Shown here: piece by piece, positions 18,184 to 28,033 of the stretch | Numbering within the stretch: the first letter of the stretch is position 1 | Layout: every line of letters starts with the position of its first letter | Origin: Nitrospirota bacterium | GTDB lineage: Bacteria > Nitrospirota > JACRHL01 | Assembly (NCBI GenBank): GCA_016212085.1 | Contig: JACRHL010000018.1 | Location: forward strand, 7,487 to 71,486 | Direction of reading: 5' to 3' | DNA length: 64,000 nucleotides | Program-made: the position numbers and the translations under genes | Notes under the pieces: generated by a model | Database searches by the model: none | What the model saw: the letters and a program-made list of their open reading frames with translations, nothing else | Told to the model about the DNA's origin: nothing

Positions 18184-18930
18184 ATGATCGCCATCGAGGG
18201 GCTGCACAAGGGTTTCGGCGCCAAGCAGGTGCTGCGCGGGGTGGACCTGAACATCGAGCGCGGCGAGACCATGGTGATCATCGGCGGCTCGGGCTCCGGC
18301 AAGAGCGTGCTCATCAAGCACATCATCGGCCTGCTGTTCCCGGAACGGGGCAAGGTGCTGATCGACGGCGCCGACCTGTGCGCCATGAACGACGCCGAGC
18401 TGACCGCCGTGCGGCGCCGCTTCGGCATGCTGTTCCAGAGCGCCGCCCTGTTCGATTCCATGAACGTGTGGCAGAACGTGGGTTTCGCCCTCATGCAGCA
18501 CACGGCGCTCAGCCGCGATGAGGTCATGGGCATCGCCGAGGAGCGGCTCAAGTGGGTGGGGCTGACCGACGTGCTGCACCTGATGCCATCCGAGCTTTCG
18601 GGCGGCATGCGCAAGCGCGTGGGGCTGGCCCGCGCCATCGCCATGGACCCGGAGATCGTGCTCTACGACGAGCCCACCACCGGCCTGGACCCCATCATGG
18701 CCGACGTGATCAACCGCCTCATCCGCTCGGTGCAGGAGCGCCTGGGGGTGACCTCGGTGGTCATCACCCACGACATGGTGAGCGCCTACCACGTGGCGGA
18801 CCGCATGGCCATGCTGTACAAGGGCGAGATCATCGAGGTCGGCACGCCGGACGAGATCCGCGGGTCCGCCAACGCCATCGTGCGCCAGTTCATCACCGGC
18901 AGCAGCGAGGGGCCGATCACGGCCCAGTAG
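18184..18930 (+). CDS. mlaF: ABC transporter ATP-binding protein MlaF-like
   Basis: Walker A GGSGSGKS, ABC signature LSGGMRKRV and Walker B ILYDEPT. Confidence 0.85.
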   Translation: MIAIEGLHKGFGAKQVLRGVDLNIERGETMVIIGGSGSGKSVLIKHIIGLLFPERGKVLIDGADLCAMNDAELTAVRRRFGMLFQSAALFDSMNVWQNVGFALMQHTALSRDEVMGIAEERLKWVGLTDVLHLMPSELSGGMRKRVGLARAIAMDPEIVLYDEPTTGLDPIMADVINRLIRSVQERLGVTSVVITHDMVSAYHVADRMAMLYKGEIIEVGTPDEIRGSANAIVRQFITGSSEGPITAQ

Positions 18931-18939
18931 AGGGGAGAG

Positions 18940-20394
18940 ATGCAGACCGAAGCCAAGGTTGGGATCGCCGTGATCATGGGGGCCGCGCTGCTGGTCCTGC
19001 TGCTGGGCAAGGTGGAGCGCTGGACCCGCGCCGACCAGGTGGGCACCACCCTGGTCGCCCGCTTCGACACCGTGGCCGGGCTGGAACTGAAAAGCCCCGT
19101 GCAGGTGGCCGGCGTGAAGGTGGGCGAGGTGTCCGCCATCCGCCTGCGCGACAACCAGGCCGAGGTGGTCATCGCCCTGTACCCGGACGTGGCCATCTAC
19201 CGGGGCGCCCAGGCCGCCATCAAGTCCACCGGCCTGCTGGGCGAGAAATACCTGGAATTGCTGCCCGGCAAGCCCGAGCAAGGGAGCTACGCCGAGGGCG
19301 AGGTGATTCCCCAGCAGCCCGGCAGTGGCGACATCGACCGGCTGGTGTCGCAGCTCAACGCCGTGGCGGAGGACATCCGCGCCGTGGCCTCCGCCCTGCG
19401 CGAGACCGTCGCCAGCGACGCCGGGCGGACGCGCCTGGAGGCCATCCTCGACAACACCCGCGATTTTGCCCGGACCCTGAACGACAAGGGTCCGCGCATC
19501 ATGGAGCGCATCGATGCCATCCTGGCGCGCATCGACCGGGGCGAGGGCACCCTGGGCAAGCTGGTGAACGACCCCAACGCCTATGACGACCTGCAGGCCG
19601 CCCTGGAGGACGTGCGCGGCATGGTGGCGCAGGTCAACAAGGGCGAGGGCACCCTGGGCAAGCTGGTGAACGACCCGGCCCTGTACGACCGGCTGGAGGG
19701 GGCGGCCGGCGGCGTGGAGCAGATCGCCAAGAAGATCGCCTCCGGCGAGGGCACCCTGGGGCGCCTGCTCACCGACGATGCCACCGTCGAATCCTTCAAT
19801 TCGGCCATGGACTCGGTGGGCGCCATGGGCGACCGGTTGACCCGGCTGCGCACCTTCATCACCTTCCGCAACGAGTTCCAGACCCGCACCGCCGACAACA
19901 AGGGGTATTTCACCCTGCGCATCGACCCCGGGTCGAAGCGCTCCTACGTGGTCGAGGTGGTCAGCGACCCCGCCGGCCGCGCCAACCTGGTGCAGCGCGA
20001 GATCACCAGCGGCGGCGCCACCACCTTCTCGGAGGAGGTCACCACCAGCCGCAAGCTCCTGTTCACCGGCCTGTTCGACCAGCGTTTTGGCGATTGGGGG
20101 GTGCGCGGCGGGTTGATGGAAAGCACCTTCGGCATGGGCCTGGACTATGCCGGGCTCGACCGCGTGAACCTGCTGTTGGACGCGTGGGACTTCAACAGCG
20201 TGCGTCCGCGCCAGGACCTGGCGCGCCTGAAGGCCACCGTCCGCTACCGGGTGAACGACTACGTGTTCGTGCAGACGGGCATGGACAACTTCCTGAACAC
20301 GGACATCGACTCGGCGTTCCTGGGCGCCGGCCTGACGTTCGAGGACGAGGACATCAAGTACCTGCTGGGCGGCGCCGTCTCCTCGTTGAATTGA
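18940..20394 (+). CDS. MCE-domain protein (MlaD/PqiB-like, long form) with tandem C-terminal repeats
   Basis: N-terminal TM helix followed by an MCE domain (VQVAGVKVGEVSAIRL). Three tandem GEGTLG[KR]L[VL][NT]D repeats are encoded partly by exact 35-nt DNA repeats. About 484 aa. Confidence 0.8.
   Translation: MQTEAKVGIAVIMGAALLVLLLGKVERWTRADQVGTTLVARFDTVAGLELKSPVQVAGVKVGEVSAIRLRDNQAEVVIALYPDVAIYRGAQAAIKSTGLLGEKYLELLPGKPEQGSYAEGEVIPQQPGSGDIDRLVSQLNAVAEDIRAVASALRETVASDAGRTRLEAILDNTRDFARTLNDKGPRIMERIDAILARIDRGEGTLGKLVNDPNAYDDLQAALEDVRGMVAQVNKGEGTLGKLVNDPALYDRLEGAAGGVEQIAKKIASGEGTLGRLLTDDATVESFNSAMDSVGAMGDRLTRLRTFITFRNEFQTRTADNKGYFTLRIDPGSKRSYVVEVVSDPAGRANLVQREITSGGATTFSEEVTTSRKLLFTGLFDQRFGDWGVRGGLMESTFGMGLDYAGLDRVNLLLDAWDFNSVRPRQDLARLKATVRYRVNDYVFVQTGMDNFLNTDIDSAFLGAGLTFEDEDIKYLLGGAVSSLN
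19540..19676 (+). repeat. Exact 35-nt direct repeat (two copies, 102 nt apart, in frame) inside the MCE gene; a third, partial copy begins at 19744
   Basis: ggcgagggcaccctgggcaagctggtgaacgaccc occurs at 19540-19574 and at 19642-19676. The first 17 nt recur at 19744. Confidence 0.8.
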
Positions 20395-20513
20395 GGGGTT
20401 CCGCTCACTTATAATCCAACGTTCCATGCTTTTCCACGCGGGCGTGGCCGGCCGCACGCCGTCGCGCCGGGCGGTGGCCCGCCCGTCAACCCCCAACGCC
20501 ACACCGGAAGCAG

Positions 20514-21128
20514 ATGCTCGAAGCGGTCGATCTTGAGTGCGTGCGTGGCGACCGGCGGTTGTTCGCGGGGGTGGGGCTGACCGTGGCGCCGGGGGAGCTG
20601 CTGCACGTGCGCGGCCCCAACGGCAGCGGCAAGACCACCCTGCTGCGCATGCTGTGCGGCCTGGTGAAGCCGGTGGCCGGCGAGGTGCGCTGGGCCGGCC
20701 GGCCGGCGCGCGAGCTGGGCGACGGGTTCCTGGCCCTGCTGACCTACGTGGGCCACCACAATGCCATCAAGGACGAGCTGACCGGCCCCGAGAACCTGCT
20801 GGTCCACGCCCGCCTGTGCGGCGCGCCGGACGACGCCGCCACCCTGTCCGCCGCCCTGGAGCGGCTGGGCATGAAGGCCTATGGGCGCGTGCCGTGCAAG
20901 GTGCTGTCGGCGGGGCAGAAGCGGCGCACGGCGCTGGCGCGGCTGCTGATCTCCCGGTCGCCCCTGTGGATACTGGACGAGCCGTTCAACGCCCTCGACG
21001 TGGGCGCCGTGGCCACCCTGCAACAGGCGATCCAGGGGCACCTCCAGCGTGACGGCATGGTGGTGCTCACCACCCACCAGGACGTGCCCATCGACGGCGC
21101 CGTGAAAACCCTGCACATGGGGGCCTGA
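20514..21128 (+). CDS. ccmA: Heme exporter ATP-binding protein CcmA
   Basis: Walker A GPNGSGKTT. Short ABC ATPase typical of CcmA. It is the first gene of a contiguous ccm cluster. Confidence 0.9.
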   Translation: MLEAVDLECVRGDRRLFAGVGLTVAPGELLHVRGPNGSGKTTLLRMLCGLVKPVAGEVRWAGRPARELGDGFLALLTYVGHHNAIKDELTGPENLLVHARLCGAPDDAATLSAALERLGMKAYGRVPCKVLSAGQKRRTALARLLISRSPLWILDEPFNALDVGAVATLQQAIQGHLQRDGMVVLTTHQDVPIDGAVKTLHMGA

Positions 21129-21132
21129 CCGG

Positions 21133-21810
21133 GTGGCCGGCCTGGTTGCATCCGTCGCCACCATGGTGCGCCGTGACCTGACGCTGGTCATGCGCAACCG
21201 CGCCGACGTGGCCACCATCCTGTTCTTTTTCGTGATCGTGGTGAGCCTGTTTCCCCTGGGGGTGGGGCCGGAGATGAACATTTTACGCACCATCGCCCCC
21301 GGCGTGGTGTGGGTGGCGGCGCTGCTCGCCTCCATGCTGTCCCTGGGGCGCATGTTCGCGGCGGACCATGCGGACGGCACCCTGGAGCAGCTGCTGGTGG
21401 CGCCCGCGCCCCTGGCGCTGCTGGTGCTGGGCAAGGTGATCGCCCACTGGCTGGCCAGCGGCGTGCCGCTGGTGCTCATGGCGCCGCTGCTGGGGTTGCA
21501 GTTCGGATTGCCTGCGGACGGGCTGGCCGTATTGATGGTATCGTTATTGCTTGGTACACCCGTGCTCAGCCTGGTGGGCGCCATCGGCGCGGCACTCACC
21601 CTGGGCGTGCGGGGAGGGGGGGTGCTGGTGAGCCTGCTGGTGCTGCCCCTCTACATCCCGGTGCTGATCTTCGGGGCGGGCGCGGTGGACGCGACCGTTT
21701 CCGGGCTGGGCGGCCAGGCCCATCTCTCGATCTTGGCGGCGATGCTGGTGCTGGCGGGCTGCTTTACCCCGTGGGCGACCGCCGCCGCCCTTAGAATCTC
21801 GTTGGACTAG
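21133..21810 (+). CDS. ccmB: Heme exporter membrane protein CcmB
   Basis: FFFVIVVSLFPLGVGPE matches the CcmB N-terminus. A GTG at 21133 or an ATG at 21163 are both possible starts. Confidence 0.88.
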   Translation: MAGLVASVATMVRRDLTLVMRNRADVATILFFFVIVVSLFPLGVGPEMNILRTIAPGVVWVAALLASMLSLGRMFAADHADGTLEQLLVAPAPLALLVLGKVIAHWLASGVPLVLMAPLLGLQFGLPADGLAVLMVSLLLGTPVLSLVGAIGAALTLGVRGGGVLVSLLVLPLYIPVLIFGAGAVDATVSGLGGQAHLSILAAMLVLAGCFTPWATAAALRISLD

Positions 21811-21825
21811 ATTTGTTGGGATAAG

Positions 21826-22575
21826 ATGAGTTCTGGCGGCCCCAATTGGTTCAAATACGCCTCGCCGATGGCGTTCTACCCCCTGGCCGGGCGGTTGATC
21901 CCGTGGTTTGCCGTGCCCGCCGTGGTGCTGACGGCGATCGGCCTGTACATGACCTTCTTCGTGGCCCCGGTGGACTATCGCCAGGGGGACGCCTACCGCA
22001 TCATGTTCATCCATGTGCCGGCGGCCTGGATGTCCATGTGGCTGTACATCTGCATGGCGGTGTATGCGGCCCTGGGGCTGGTGGTGCGGACCCGTTTGAG
22101 TTCCATGATGGCCCAGGCCATCGCCCCCACCGGCGCCATGTTCACCTTCATCGCCCTGTGGACCGGTGCGTTCTGGGGCAAGCCCATGTGGGGCGCCTGG
22201 TGGGTGTGGGACGCGCGCCTCACCTCCGAGCTGATCCTGCTGTTCCTGTATATCGGCGTGATGGCGCTGCGCGCCGCCATCGACGACACCCGCCGCGCCG
22301 ACCGCGCCAGCGGCCTGCTGGCCCTGGTGGGGGTGGTGAACGTGCCGATCATCTACTACTCGGTGCAGTGGTGGAACACCCTGCACCAGGGCGCGTCCAT
22401 CAGCATGACCGCCGCGCCCACCATGAGCCGGATCATGCTGTGGACCCTGCTCGTGATGACCTTTGCCTTCTGGGCCCATGCCTTCGTGACCAGCCTCATG
22501 CGGGTGCGCGGCATCATCCTGGAGCGCGAGCGCCACGCCGAATGGGTGGCGGAGATGGTGGACGAAACAAAATGA
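21826..22575 (+). CDS. ccmC: Heme exporter protein CcmC
   Basis: The conserved WWxWD tryptophan-rich motif (WGAWWVWDARL) is present. Confidence 0.9.
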   Translation: MSSGGPNWFKYASPMAFYPLAGRLIPWFAVPAVVLTAIGLYMTFFVAPVDYRQGDAYRIMFIHVPAAWMSMWLYICMAVYAALGLVVRTRLSSMMAQAIAPTGAMFTFIALWTGAFWGKPMWGAWWVWDARLTSELILLFLYIGVMALRAAIDDTRRADRASGLLALVGVVNVPIIYYSVQWWNTLHQGASISMTAAPTMSRIMLWTLLVMTFAFWAHAFVTSLMRVRGIILERERHAEWVAEMVDETK

Positions 22576-22733
22576 ACCTAACGGAATTCTGGCACATGGG
22601 CGGCTATGCCCTGTACGTCTGGAGCTCCTTCGGCGTGACCGCCGCCTTCATGGTGGGGGAGCTGGTGCTGCTGCGCCGGCAACGCAAGGAGACCCTCGAT
22701 CGCCTGCGCCGGATCCGCGACATAGAGACCTGA
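22572..22733 (+). CDS. ccmD: Heme exporter protein CcmD (small membrane protein)
   Basis: 53-aa single-TM protein (MNLTEFWHMGGYALYVWSSFGVTAAFMVGELVLL...). Its ATG overlaps the ccmC TGA (ATGA). Confidence 0.7.
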   Translation: MNLTEFWHMGGYALYVWSSFGVTAAFMVGELVLLRRQRKETLDRLRRIRDIET

Positions 22734-22734
22734 C

Positions 22735-23199
22735 ATGACCCCGAGACAGAAACGTTTCGCCTTCGTGGCGGCCGGCCTGGTGGCCATCGGCCTCGCCACG
22801 TTCTTCATCCTGAACGCCTTCAAGGCAGGGGTGATGCTGTTCTACAGCCCCACCGACGTGGTGGCCGGCAAGGCGCCCCAGCACAAGACCATCCGCCTGG
22901 GCGGCATGGTGGAAAAGGGCAGCCTGGAACGCCAGCCAGACGACCTGACGGTGCACTTCGTGGTGACCGACCTGGCGGAGAAGGTCACCGTGTCGTACAC
23001 CGGCATCCTGCCGGACCTGTTCACCGAGGGGCAGGGGGTGGTGGCCCAGGGCAGGATGAGCCCCGACGGCCTGTTCATGGCCTCCGAGGTGCTGGCCAAG
23101 CATGATGAGACCTACATGCCGCCCGAGGTGGCCGACGCCCTGGAGAAGGGCAAACAGCGCGCCGCCCAGGGCGCAGGCCCTGTGGGCGGGGAGATATAA
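22735..23199 (+). CDS. ccmE: Cytochrome c-type biogenesis heme chaperone CcmE
   Basis: N-terminal anchor followed by an OB fold with the conserved LAKHDE-Y heme-binding region. Confidence 0.9.
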   Translation: MTPRQKRFAFVAAGLVAIGLATFFILNAFKAGVMLFYSPTDVVAGKAPQHKTIRLGGMVEKGSLERQPDDLTVHFVVTDLAEKVTVSYTGILPDLFTEGQGVVAQGRMSPDGLFMASEVLAKHDETYMPPEVADALEKGKQRAAQGAGPVGGEI

Positions 23200-23202
23200 G
23201 AC

Positions 23203-25197
23203 ATGATTCCCGAAATCGGACATTTTGCCCTCATCGTCGCCCTGGGCCTGGCCCTGGTGCAGGGGATCCTGCCGCTGGCCGGCGCGGCCCGCGGCAACCC
23301 GTCCTGGATCCAGATCGCCCGCCCGGCGGCGCTGGGCCAGTTCACCTTCGTGCTGATCGCCTTCGCGTGCCTGACCTACGCCTTCGTGCACGACGACTTC
23401 TCGGTGCTGTACGTGGCCAACCACTCCAACTCCCTGCTGCCGTTGCAGTACAAGGTGGCCGGCGTGTGGGGCGGGCACGAGGGGTCGCTGCTGTTGTGGG
23501 TGTTCATGCTCACCGGCTGGACCATGGCGGTGGCCCTGTTCAGCCGCCACCTGGCGGACGACATGGTGGCGCGGGTGATCGGCGTGATGGGCCTGATCGC
23601 CGTGGGCTTCCACAGCTTCATGCTGCTCACCTCGAACCCCTTCGAGCGCCTGGTTCCCGGCGCCCCCGAGGGGGCCGACCTGAACCCCCTGTTGCAGGAC
23701 CCGGGTCTGGTGATCCACCCGCCCATGCTGTACATGGGCTATGTGGGCTTTTCGGTGGCGTTCGCCTTCGCCGTGGCGGCGCTCCTGTCGGGCCGGCTCG
23801 ACGCCACCTGGGCGCGCTGGTCCAGGCCGTGGACGGTGGCCGCCTGGAGCGTGCTCACCATGGGCATCGCCCTGGGTAGCTGGTGGGCCTATTACGAGCT
23901 GGGCTGGGGCGGCTGGTGGTTCTGGGACCCGGTGGAGAACGCCTCGTTCATGCCGTGGCTGGTGGGCACCGCCCTCATCCACTCCCTGGCGGTGACCGAG
24001 AAGCGCGGCAGCTTCAAGAACTGGACCGTGCTGCTGGCCATCTTCGCCTTCTCGCTGAGCCTGCTGGGCACCTTCCTGGTGCGCTCCGGCGTGCTCACCA
24101 GCGTGCACGCCTTCGCCACCGATCCGGAGCGCGGCACGTTCATCCTCGCCTTCCTGGCGGTGGTGATCGGCAGCTCCCTCACCCTGTATGCCTGGCGCGC
24201 CCCCAAGGTGGCCCCGGGCGGGCGCTTCGAGCTGTTCTCGCGCGAGTCGCTCATGCTCACCAACAACGTGGTGCTGGTGGCGGCGGCGGGCTCGGTGCTG
24301 CTGGGCACCCTCTATCCGCTGCTGCTGGACGCCCTGGACCTGGGCAAGATCTCGGTGGGTCCGCCGTACTTCAACGCCGTGTTCGTGCCGCTGATGATGC
24401 CGGCGGTGTTCCTCATGGCCGTGGGCCCCTTCGCCCGCTGGAAGAAGGCCAGCGTGCCCGACATCGCCCAGCGCCTCAAGTGGGCGCTGGCGGTGGGGGT
24501 GGTGCTGGCGCTGGTGCTGCCGTTCGTGATGGGCAGCTGGCGGCCGCTGGTGGCGCTGGGGGTGCTGGGGGCCGGCTGGGTGGGCTCCAGCGTGGTGCTC
24601 AACGTCATCGGCCGCGCCCGCTCCGGCGCCGGCGGCTGGGCTGGGCTGCCGCCCAGCTACCTGGGCATGCAGATGGCACACCTGGGCGTGGCGGTGTTCA
24701 TCATGGGGGTGACCATGGTGAGCGCCTATCAGCAGGAGAAGGACGTGCGCATGGACGTGGGTGACACGGTCACCATGGGCCAGTACACCTTCCGCCTGGA
24801 CGGGGTGGTGGAGCGGCCGGGGCCCAACTACACCGCCAGCACCGGCAACGTGGCGCTGCTCAAGAACGGCGAGCCGTTCCGCTACCTGCACCCGGAAAAA
24901 CGCATCTACAACGTGCAGACCATGCCCATGACCGAGGCCGCCATCCACAGCAACCCCCTGAGAGACCTCTACGTGTCGCTGGGCGAGCCGGTGGGCGGCA
25001 CCGCCTGGAGCGTGCGGGTCTACTACAAGCCGTTCGTGACCTGGATCTGGGGCGGCTGCGCCATCATGGCGTTCGGTGGCTTGCTGACCCTCACCGACGC
25101 GCGCTACCGGCTGGTGCTGGGACGCGGGCGGGTGCGCTTCGGCCGCCCGGAGGCCGCCGCCGGCTCCGCCGCGTTGAAACAGAAGGGGGACGCCTGA
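23203..25197 (+). CDS. ccmF: Cytochrome c-type biogenesis protein CcmF
   Basis: 664-aa polytopic protein with a WGGWWFWDPVEN tryptophan-rich motif. Confidence 0.9.
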   Translation: MIPEIGHFALIVALGLALVQGILPLAGAARGNPSWIQIARPAALGQFTFVLIAFACLTYAFVHDDFSVLYVANHSNSLLPLQYKVAGVWGGHEGSLLLWVFMLTGWTMAVALFSRHLADDMVARVIGVMGLIAVGFHSFMLLTSNPFERLVPGAPEGADLNPLLQDPGLVIHPPMLYMGYVGFSVAFAFAVAALLSGRLDATWARWSRPWTVAAWSVLTMGIALGSWWAYYELGWGGWWFWDPVENASFMPWLVGTALIHSLAVTEKRGSFKNWTVLLAIFAFSLSLLGTFLVRSGVLTSVHAFATDPERGTFILAFLAVVIGSSLTLYAWRAPKVAPGGRFELFSRESLMLTNNVVLVAAAGSVLLGTLYPLLLDALDLGKISVGPPYFNAVFVPLMMPAVFLMAVGPFARWKKASVPDIAQRLKWALAVGVVLALVLPFVMGSWRPLVALGVLGAGWVGSSVVLNVIGRARSGAGGWAGLPPSYLGMQMAHLGVAVFIMGVTMVSAYQQEKDVRMDVGDTVTMGQYTFRLDGVVERPGPNYTASTGNVALLKNGEPFRYLHPEKRIYNVQTMPMTEAAIHSNPLRDLYVSLGEPVGGTAWSVRVYYKPFVTWIWGGCAIMAFGGLLTLTDARYRLVLGRGRVRFGRPEAAAGSAALKQKGDA

Positions 25198-25721
25198 TGG
25201 GCCGCTTCATCCTCCCCCTCGGGGTGTTCGTGGTACTGGTCGGGTTCCTGGCCGTGGGCCTCCGGCTCAACCCGCGCGAGGTGCCCTCCGTGCTCATCGA
25301 CAAGCCGGCGGCGGCGTTCACCGTGCCGCAGCTTGAGGATCCGTCGCTCACCTTCGCGCCGGAGGAGATGAAGGGCAAGGTGTGGCTGTTCAACGTATGG
25401 GCCTCGTGGTGCGTGAGCTGCCGCCAGGAGCATCCGCTGCTGGTGCAACTGGCGCGGGGCGGCGAGGTGCCCATCATCGGCCTGGACTACAAGGACGAGC
25501 GTGCCGCCGCCCTGGCCTGGCTGCGCGACTGGGGCAACCCCTACACCCTGAGCGCCGTGGACGCCAACGGCCGGGTGGGCATGGACTACGGCGTGTACGG
25601 CGTGCCCGAGACGTACCTGATCGACAAGGAGGGGATCATCCGCTACAAGCAGATCGGCCCCCTCACCCCCCAGGTGATCCAGGAAGTGATTCTGCCCAAG
25701 GTGCGGGAGTTGAACGGATGA
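25197..25721 (+). CDS. ccmG: Thiol:disulfide interchange protein CcmG/DsbE
   Basis: Thioredoxin motif WASWCVSC with the GVYGVPETY signature. The start overlaps the ccmF stop (TGATG). Confidence 0.9.
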   Translation: MGRFILPLGVFVVLVGFLAVGLRLNPREVPSVLIDKPAAAFTVPQLEDPSLTFAPEEMKGKVWLFNVWASWCVSCRQEHPLLVQLARGGEVPIIGLDYKDERAAALAWLRDWGNPYTLSAVDANGRVGMDYGVYGVPETYLIDKEGIIRYKQIGPLTPQVIQEVILPKVRELNG

Positions 25722-26185
25722 AGACACTGATGGCGGGCCTTGCCCTGGCGCTGCTGATGGCGGCCACCACCGGCCACGCCCGGGAGGCCGTGCCCAGCGC
25801 CGCCGACCCGGCGATCGAGGCGCGCATGAAGGACCTTACCCAGGACCTGCGCTGCCTGGTCTGCCAGAACCAGACCCTGGCGGATTCCGACGCCGACCTG
25901 GCCAAGGACTTCCGGCGCGAGATCCGCACCATGATGCAGGAGGGCCGGACCGACGCCGAGATCGTCGACTTCCTGGTGGACCGGTACGGCGACTTCGTGC
26001 TCTACCGCCCGCCCTTCAAGGGCATCACCATGCTGCTCTGGATCGGCCCCGCCGTCCTGCTGTTGGGCGGCGCCCTGGCCCTGATCGTGACCTTGAGGCG
26101 GCGCCGCGCCGCCACCACCGCCGCGCCCAGCCCCGACGAGCTGGAGCGCGCCCGTAAACTGCTGGAAGAGGATAACCGCGCATGA
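25718..26185 (+). CDS. ccmH: Cytochrome c-type biogenesis protein CcmH (CcmL/NrfF-like)
   Basis: Signal peptide plus the conserved LRCLVCQNQ motif. ATG at 25718 overlaps the ccmG stop. Confidence 0.85.
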   Translation: MKTLMAGLALALLMAATTGHAREAVPSAADPAIEARMKDLTQDLRCLVCQNQTLADSDADLAKDFRREIRTMMQEGRTDAEIVDFLVDRYGDFVLYRPPFKGITMLLWIGPAVLLLGGALALIVTLRRRRAATTAAPSPDELERARKLLEEDNRA

Positions 26186-27429
26186 CCACCTTTTGGATCC
26201 TGGCCGGGGTCATGGCGTGCGTGGGGGCCCTGTTCGTGGTGGTGCCGCTCATGCGCGGGCCGGTGCGCCGCGACCAGCACAGCCGCGACCAGCTCAACCT
26301 GGCCATCCGCAAGGACCAGCTTACCGAGCTGAAGTCCGACCTGGACGCCGGCACCCTGAGCCCGGAGCAGTTCGAGGCGGGCAGGATCGAGATCGAGCAG
26401 GGGCTGCTGGAGGACGTGGCGGGCGCCGAGGCGGCCGCCCTGCAAGCCTCCGCCCCGCCCGCGCGCTGGATGGCCTATGTCCTGGCGCTGGCGCTGCCCG
26501 CGCTGGCGGTGGCCCTGTATCTCCAGCTGGGCCGCATGGACGCCCTCGACCCCGCCGTCACCGCCGCGCCGAAGGGCCAGGAGATGGCCCACGATATCGG
26601 CCCGGAGCAGCTTGCCGGCATGGTGCAGTCGCTGGCGGACCGCCTGAAGGCCCAGCCGGACGACGCGGAGGGGTGGATGATGCTGGGGCGCAGCTACGCG
26701 GTGCTGCGCGACTTCCCGCGCTCCGCCGAGGCCTACGCCCACGCCTACGCCCTGATCGGCGATCATCCCGACGTGCTGTCCAACTATGCCGACGCTCTGG
26801 CCATGGCCAACAACGGCGCGTTCACCGATCAGGCCGTTGCCCTGGTGGACAAGGCGGTGAAGGTCGACCCCACCCACCCGAAAGCCCTGTGGCTGGCGGG
26901 CACCGCCGCCTTCGAGCGCCGGAACTACGGCCGCGCCCTCACCCTGTGGACCGCCCTGCGCGTGGGGCTGGATGACGGCTCCGACGTGGCGAACACCATG
27001 GACGCCAACATCGCCGAGGTGCGTGCCCTGATGGGCGGCGCGGCGCCGCCGGAAACCGCGCGGGTCGCCCAGGCCGCGCCCGCGAAGAAGCAGGTGTCGG
27101 GCCGCGTGCGCGTCGCCCCGGCGCTGGCCGCCAAGGTGGACCCGGGCGCCACCCTGTTCGTGTTCGCCAAGGCCGCCCAGGGGCCGCCCATGCCGCTGGC
27201 CATCCTGCGCCTGTCCGCCGCCGGGCTGCCGCTGGACTTCACCCTCGACGAGGGCATGGCCATGGTGCCCGCCATGAGCCTGGCGCGCTTCGACCAGGTG
27301 ATGGTGGGGGCGCGCATCTCCAAGTCCGGCGACGCCACGGCCCGGAGCGGCGACCTGCAGGGCCTGGTGGGCCCGGTCAGGGTGGGCGCCACGGGCATCG
27401 AGGTGGTGATCGGCGAGGAGGTGAAGTAA
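26182..27429 (+). CDS. ccmI: Cytochrome c-type biogenesis protein CcmI/CycH (TPR)
   Basis: N-terminal TM helix followed by a TPR-rich periplasmic domain. Position after ccmH is as expected. Confidence 0.8.
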   Translation: MTTFWILAGVMACVGALFVVVPLMRGPVRRDQHSRDQLNLAIRKDQLTELKSDLDAGTLSPEQFEAGRIEIEQGLLEDVAGAEAAALQASAPPARWMAYVLALALPALAVALYLQLGRMDALDPAVTAAPKGQEMAHDIGPEQLAGMVQSLADRLKAQPDDAEGWMMLGRSYAVLRDFPRSAEAYAHAYALIGDHPDVLSNYADALAMANNGAFTDQAVALVDKAVKVDPTHPKALWLAGTAAFERRNYGRALTLWTALRVGLDDGSDVANTMDANIAEVRALMGGAAPPETARVAQAAPAKKQVSGRVRVAPALAAKVDPGATLFVFAKAAQGPPMPLAILRLSAAGLPLDFTLDEGMAMVPAMSLARFDQVMVGARISKSGDATARSGDLQGLVGPVRVGATGIEVVIGEEVK

Positions 27430-27430
27430 G

Positions 27431-27994
27431 GTGCGCCGCGCCCTGTACATGCTGGCGCTGGGAACGGCCGTGGCGGCGGTGCTCGCCGGCGGCTGCAACC
27501 GTAACTCCGAGGCCGTGCCGGTGGCCAAGGAGGGGGCGCGGGTGTCCAAGGGCATCGGCCCCAACATCGGCTTCACGGCGCCGGACTTCGAGCTGGTGGA
27601 CACCCGCGGCAACCGGGTGAGCCTGTCCAGCTTCCGCGGCAACGTGGTGCTGCTCAACTTCTGGGCCACCTGGTGCGGCCCGTGCCGCATCGAGATGCCC
27701 ACCCTCCAGGCCCTCACCGAGGACTATGCCGCGCGGTCGTTCCGGGTGGTGGCGGTGGCGGGCGACCCGGAGGGGGTGCGCAAGGTGGCGCCGTTCATGG
27801 ACGGCCTGGGCCTCACCTTTCCCGGCCTGATCGACCAGGACGGGCGCATCCAGGACATGTACCTGGTCAACGCCCTGCCCATGACCTACGTGCTGGACCG
27901 GCAGGGGGTGGTGGTGTACAAGATGGTGGGCTTCTTCGACTGGAACCAGCCCAAGTTCCGCAAGCTGGTGGAAGGCCTGCTGGCGGAGGCGTAG
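27431..27994 (+). CDS. TlpA/ResA-like periplasmic thiol-disulfide oxidoreductase (lipoprotein)
   Basis: Lipobox LAGGC followed by the thioredoxin motif WATWCGPC. Confidence 0.75.
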   Translation: MRRALYMLALGTAVAAVLAGGCNRNSEAVPVAKEGARVSKGIGPNIGFTAPDFELVDTRGNRVSLSSFRGNVVLLNFWATWCGPCRIEMPTLQALTEDYAARSFRVVAVAGDPEGVRKVAPFMDGLGLTFPGLIDQDGRIQDMYLVNALPMTYVLDRQGVVVYKMVGFFDWNQPKFRKLVEGLLAEA

Positions 27995-28033
27995 CGACTC
28001 CCCCCCCAACCCCGAGAGCGACTGACCGCACCC

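Noticed and set aside
13343-20502. Long antisense ORFs (13343..15667, 15456..18644, 18163..20502) opposite rpsB-tsf-pyrH-frr-alr-mla
   Set aside because: They run antisense to highly conserved genes and have no start-site or SD support. Translations are GC-skewed (Arg/Ala/Gly/His-rich). Artefacts.
20409-21599. 396-aa minus-strand ORF overlapping ccmA/ccmB
   Set aside because: The Ser/Thr/Ala/Pro-rich translation is antisense to two conserved ccm genes. No independent support.
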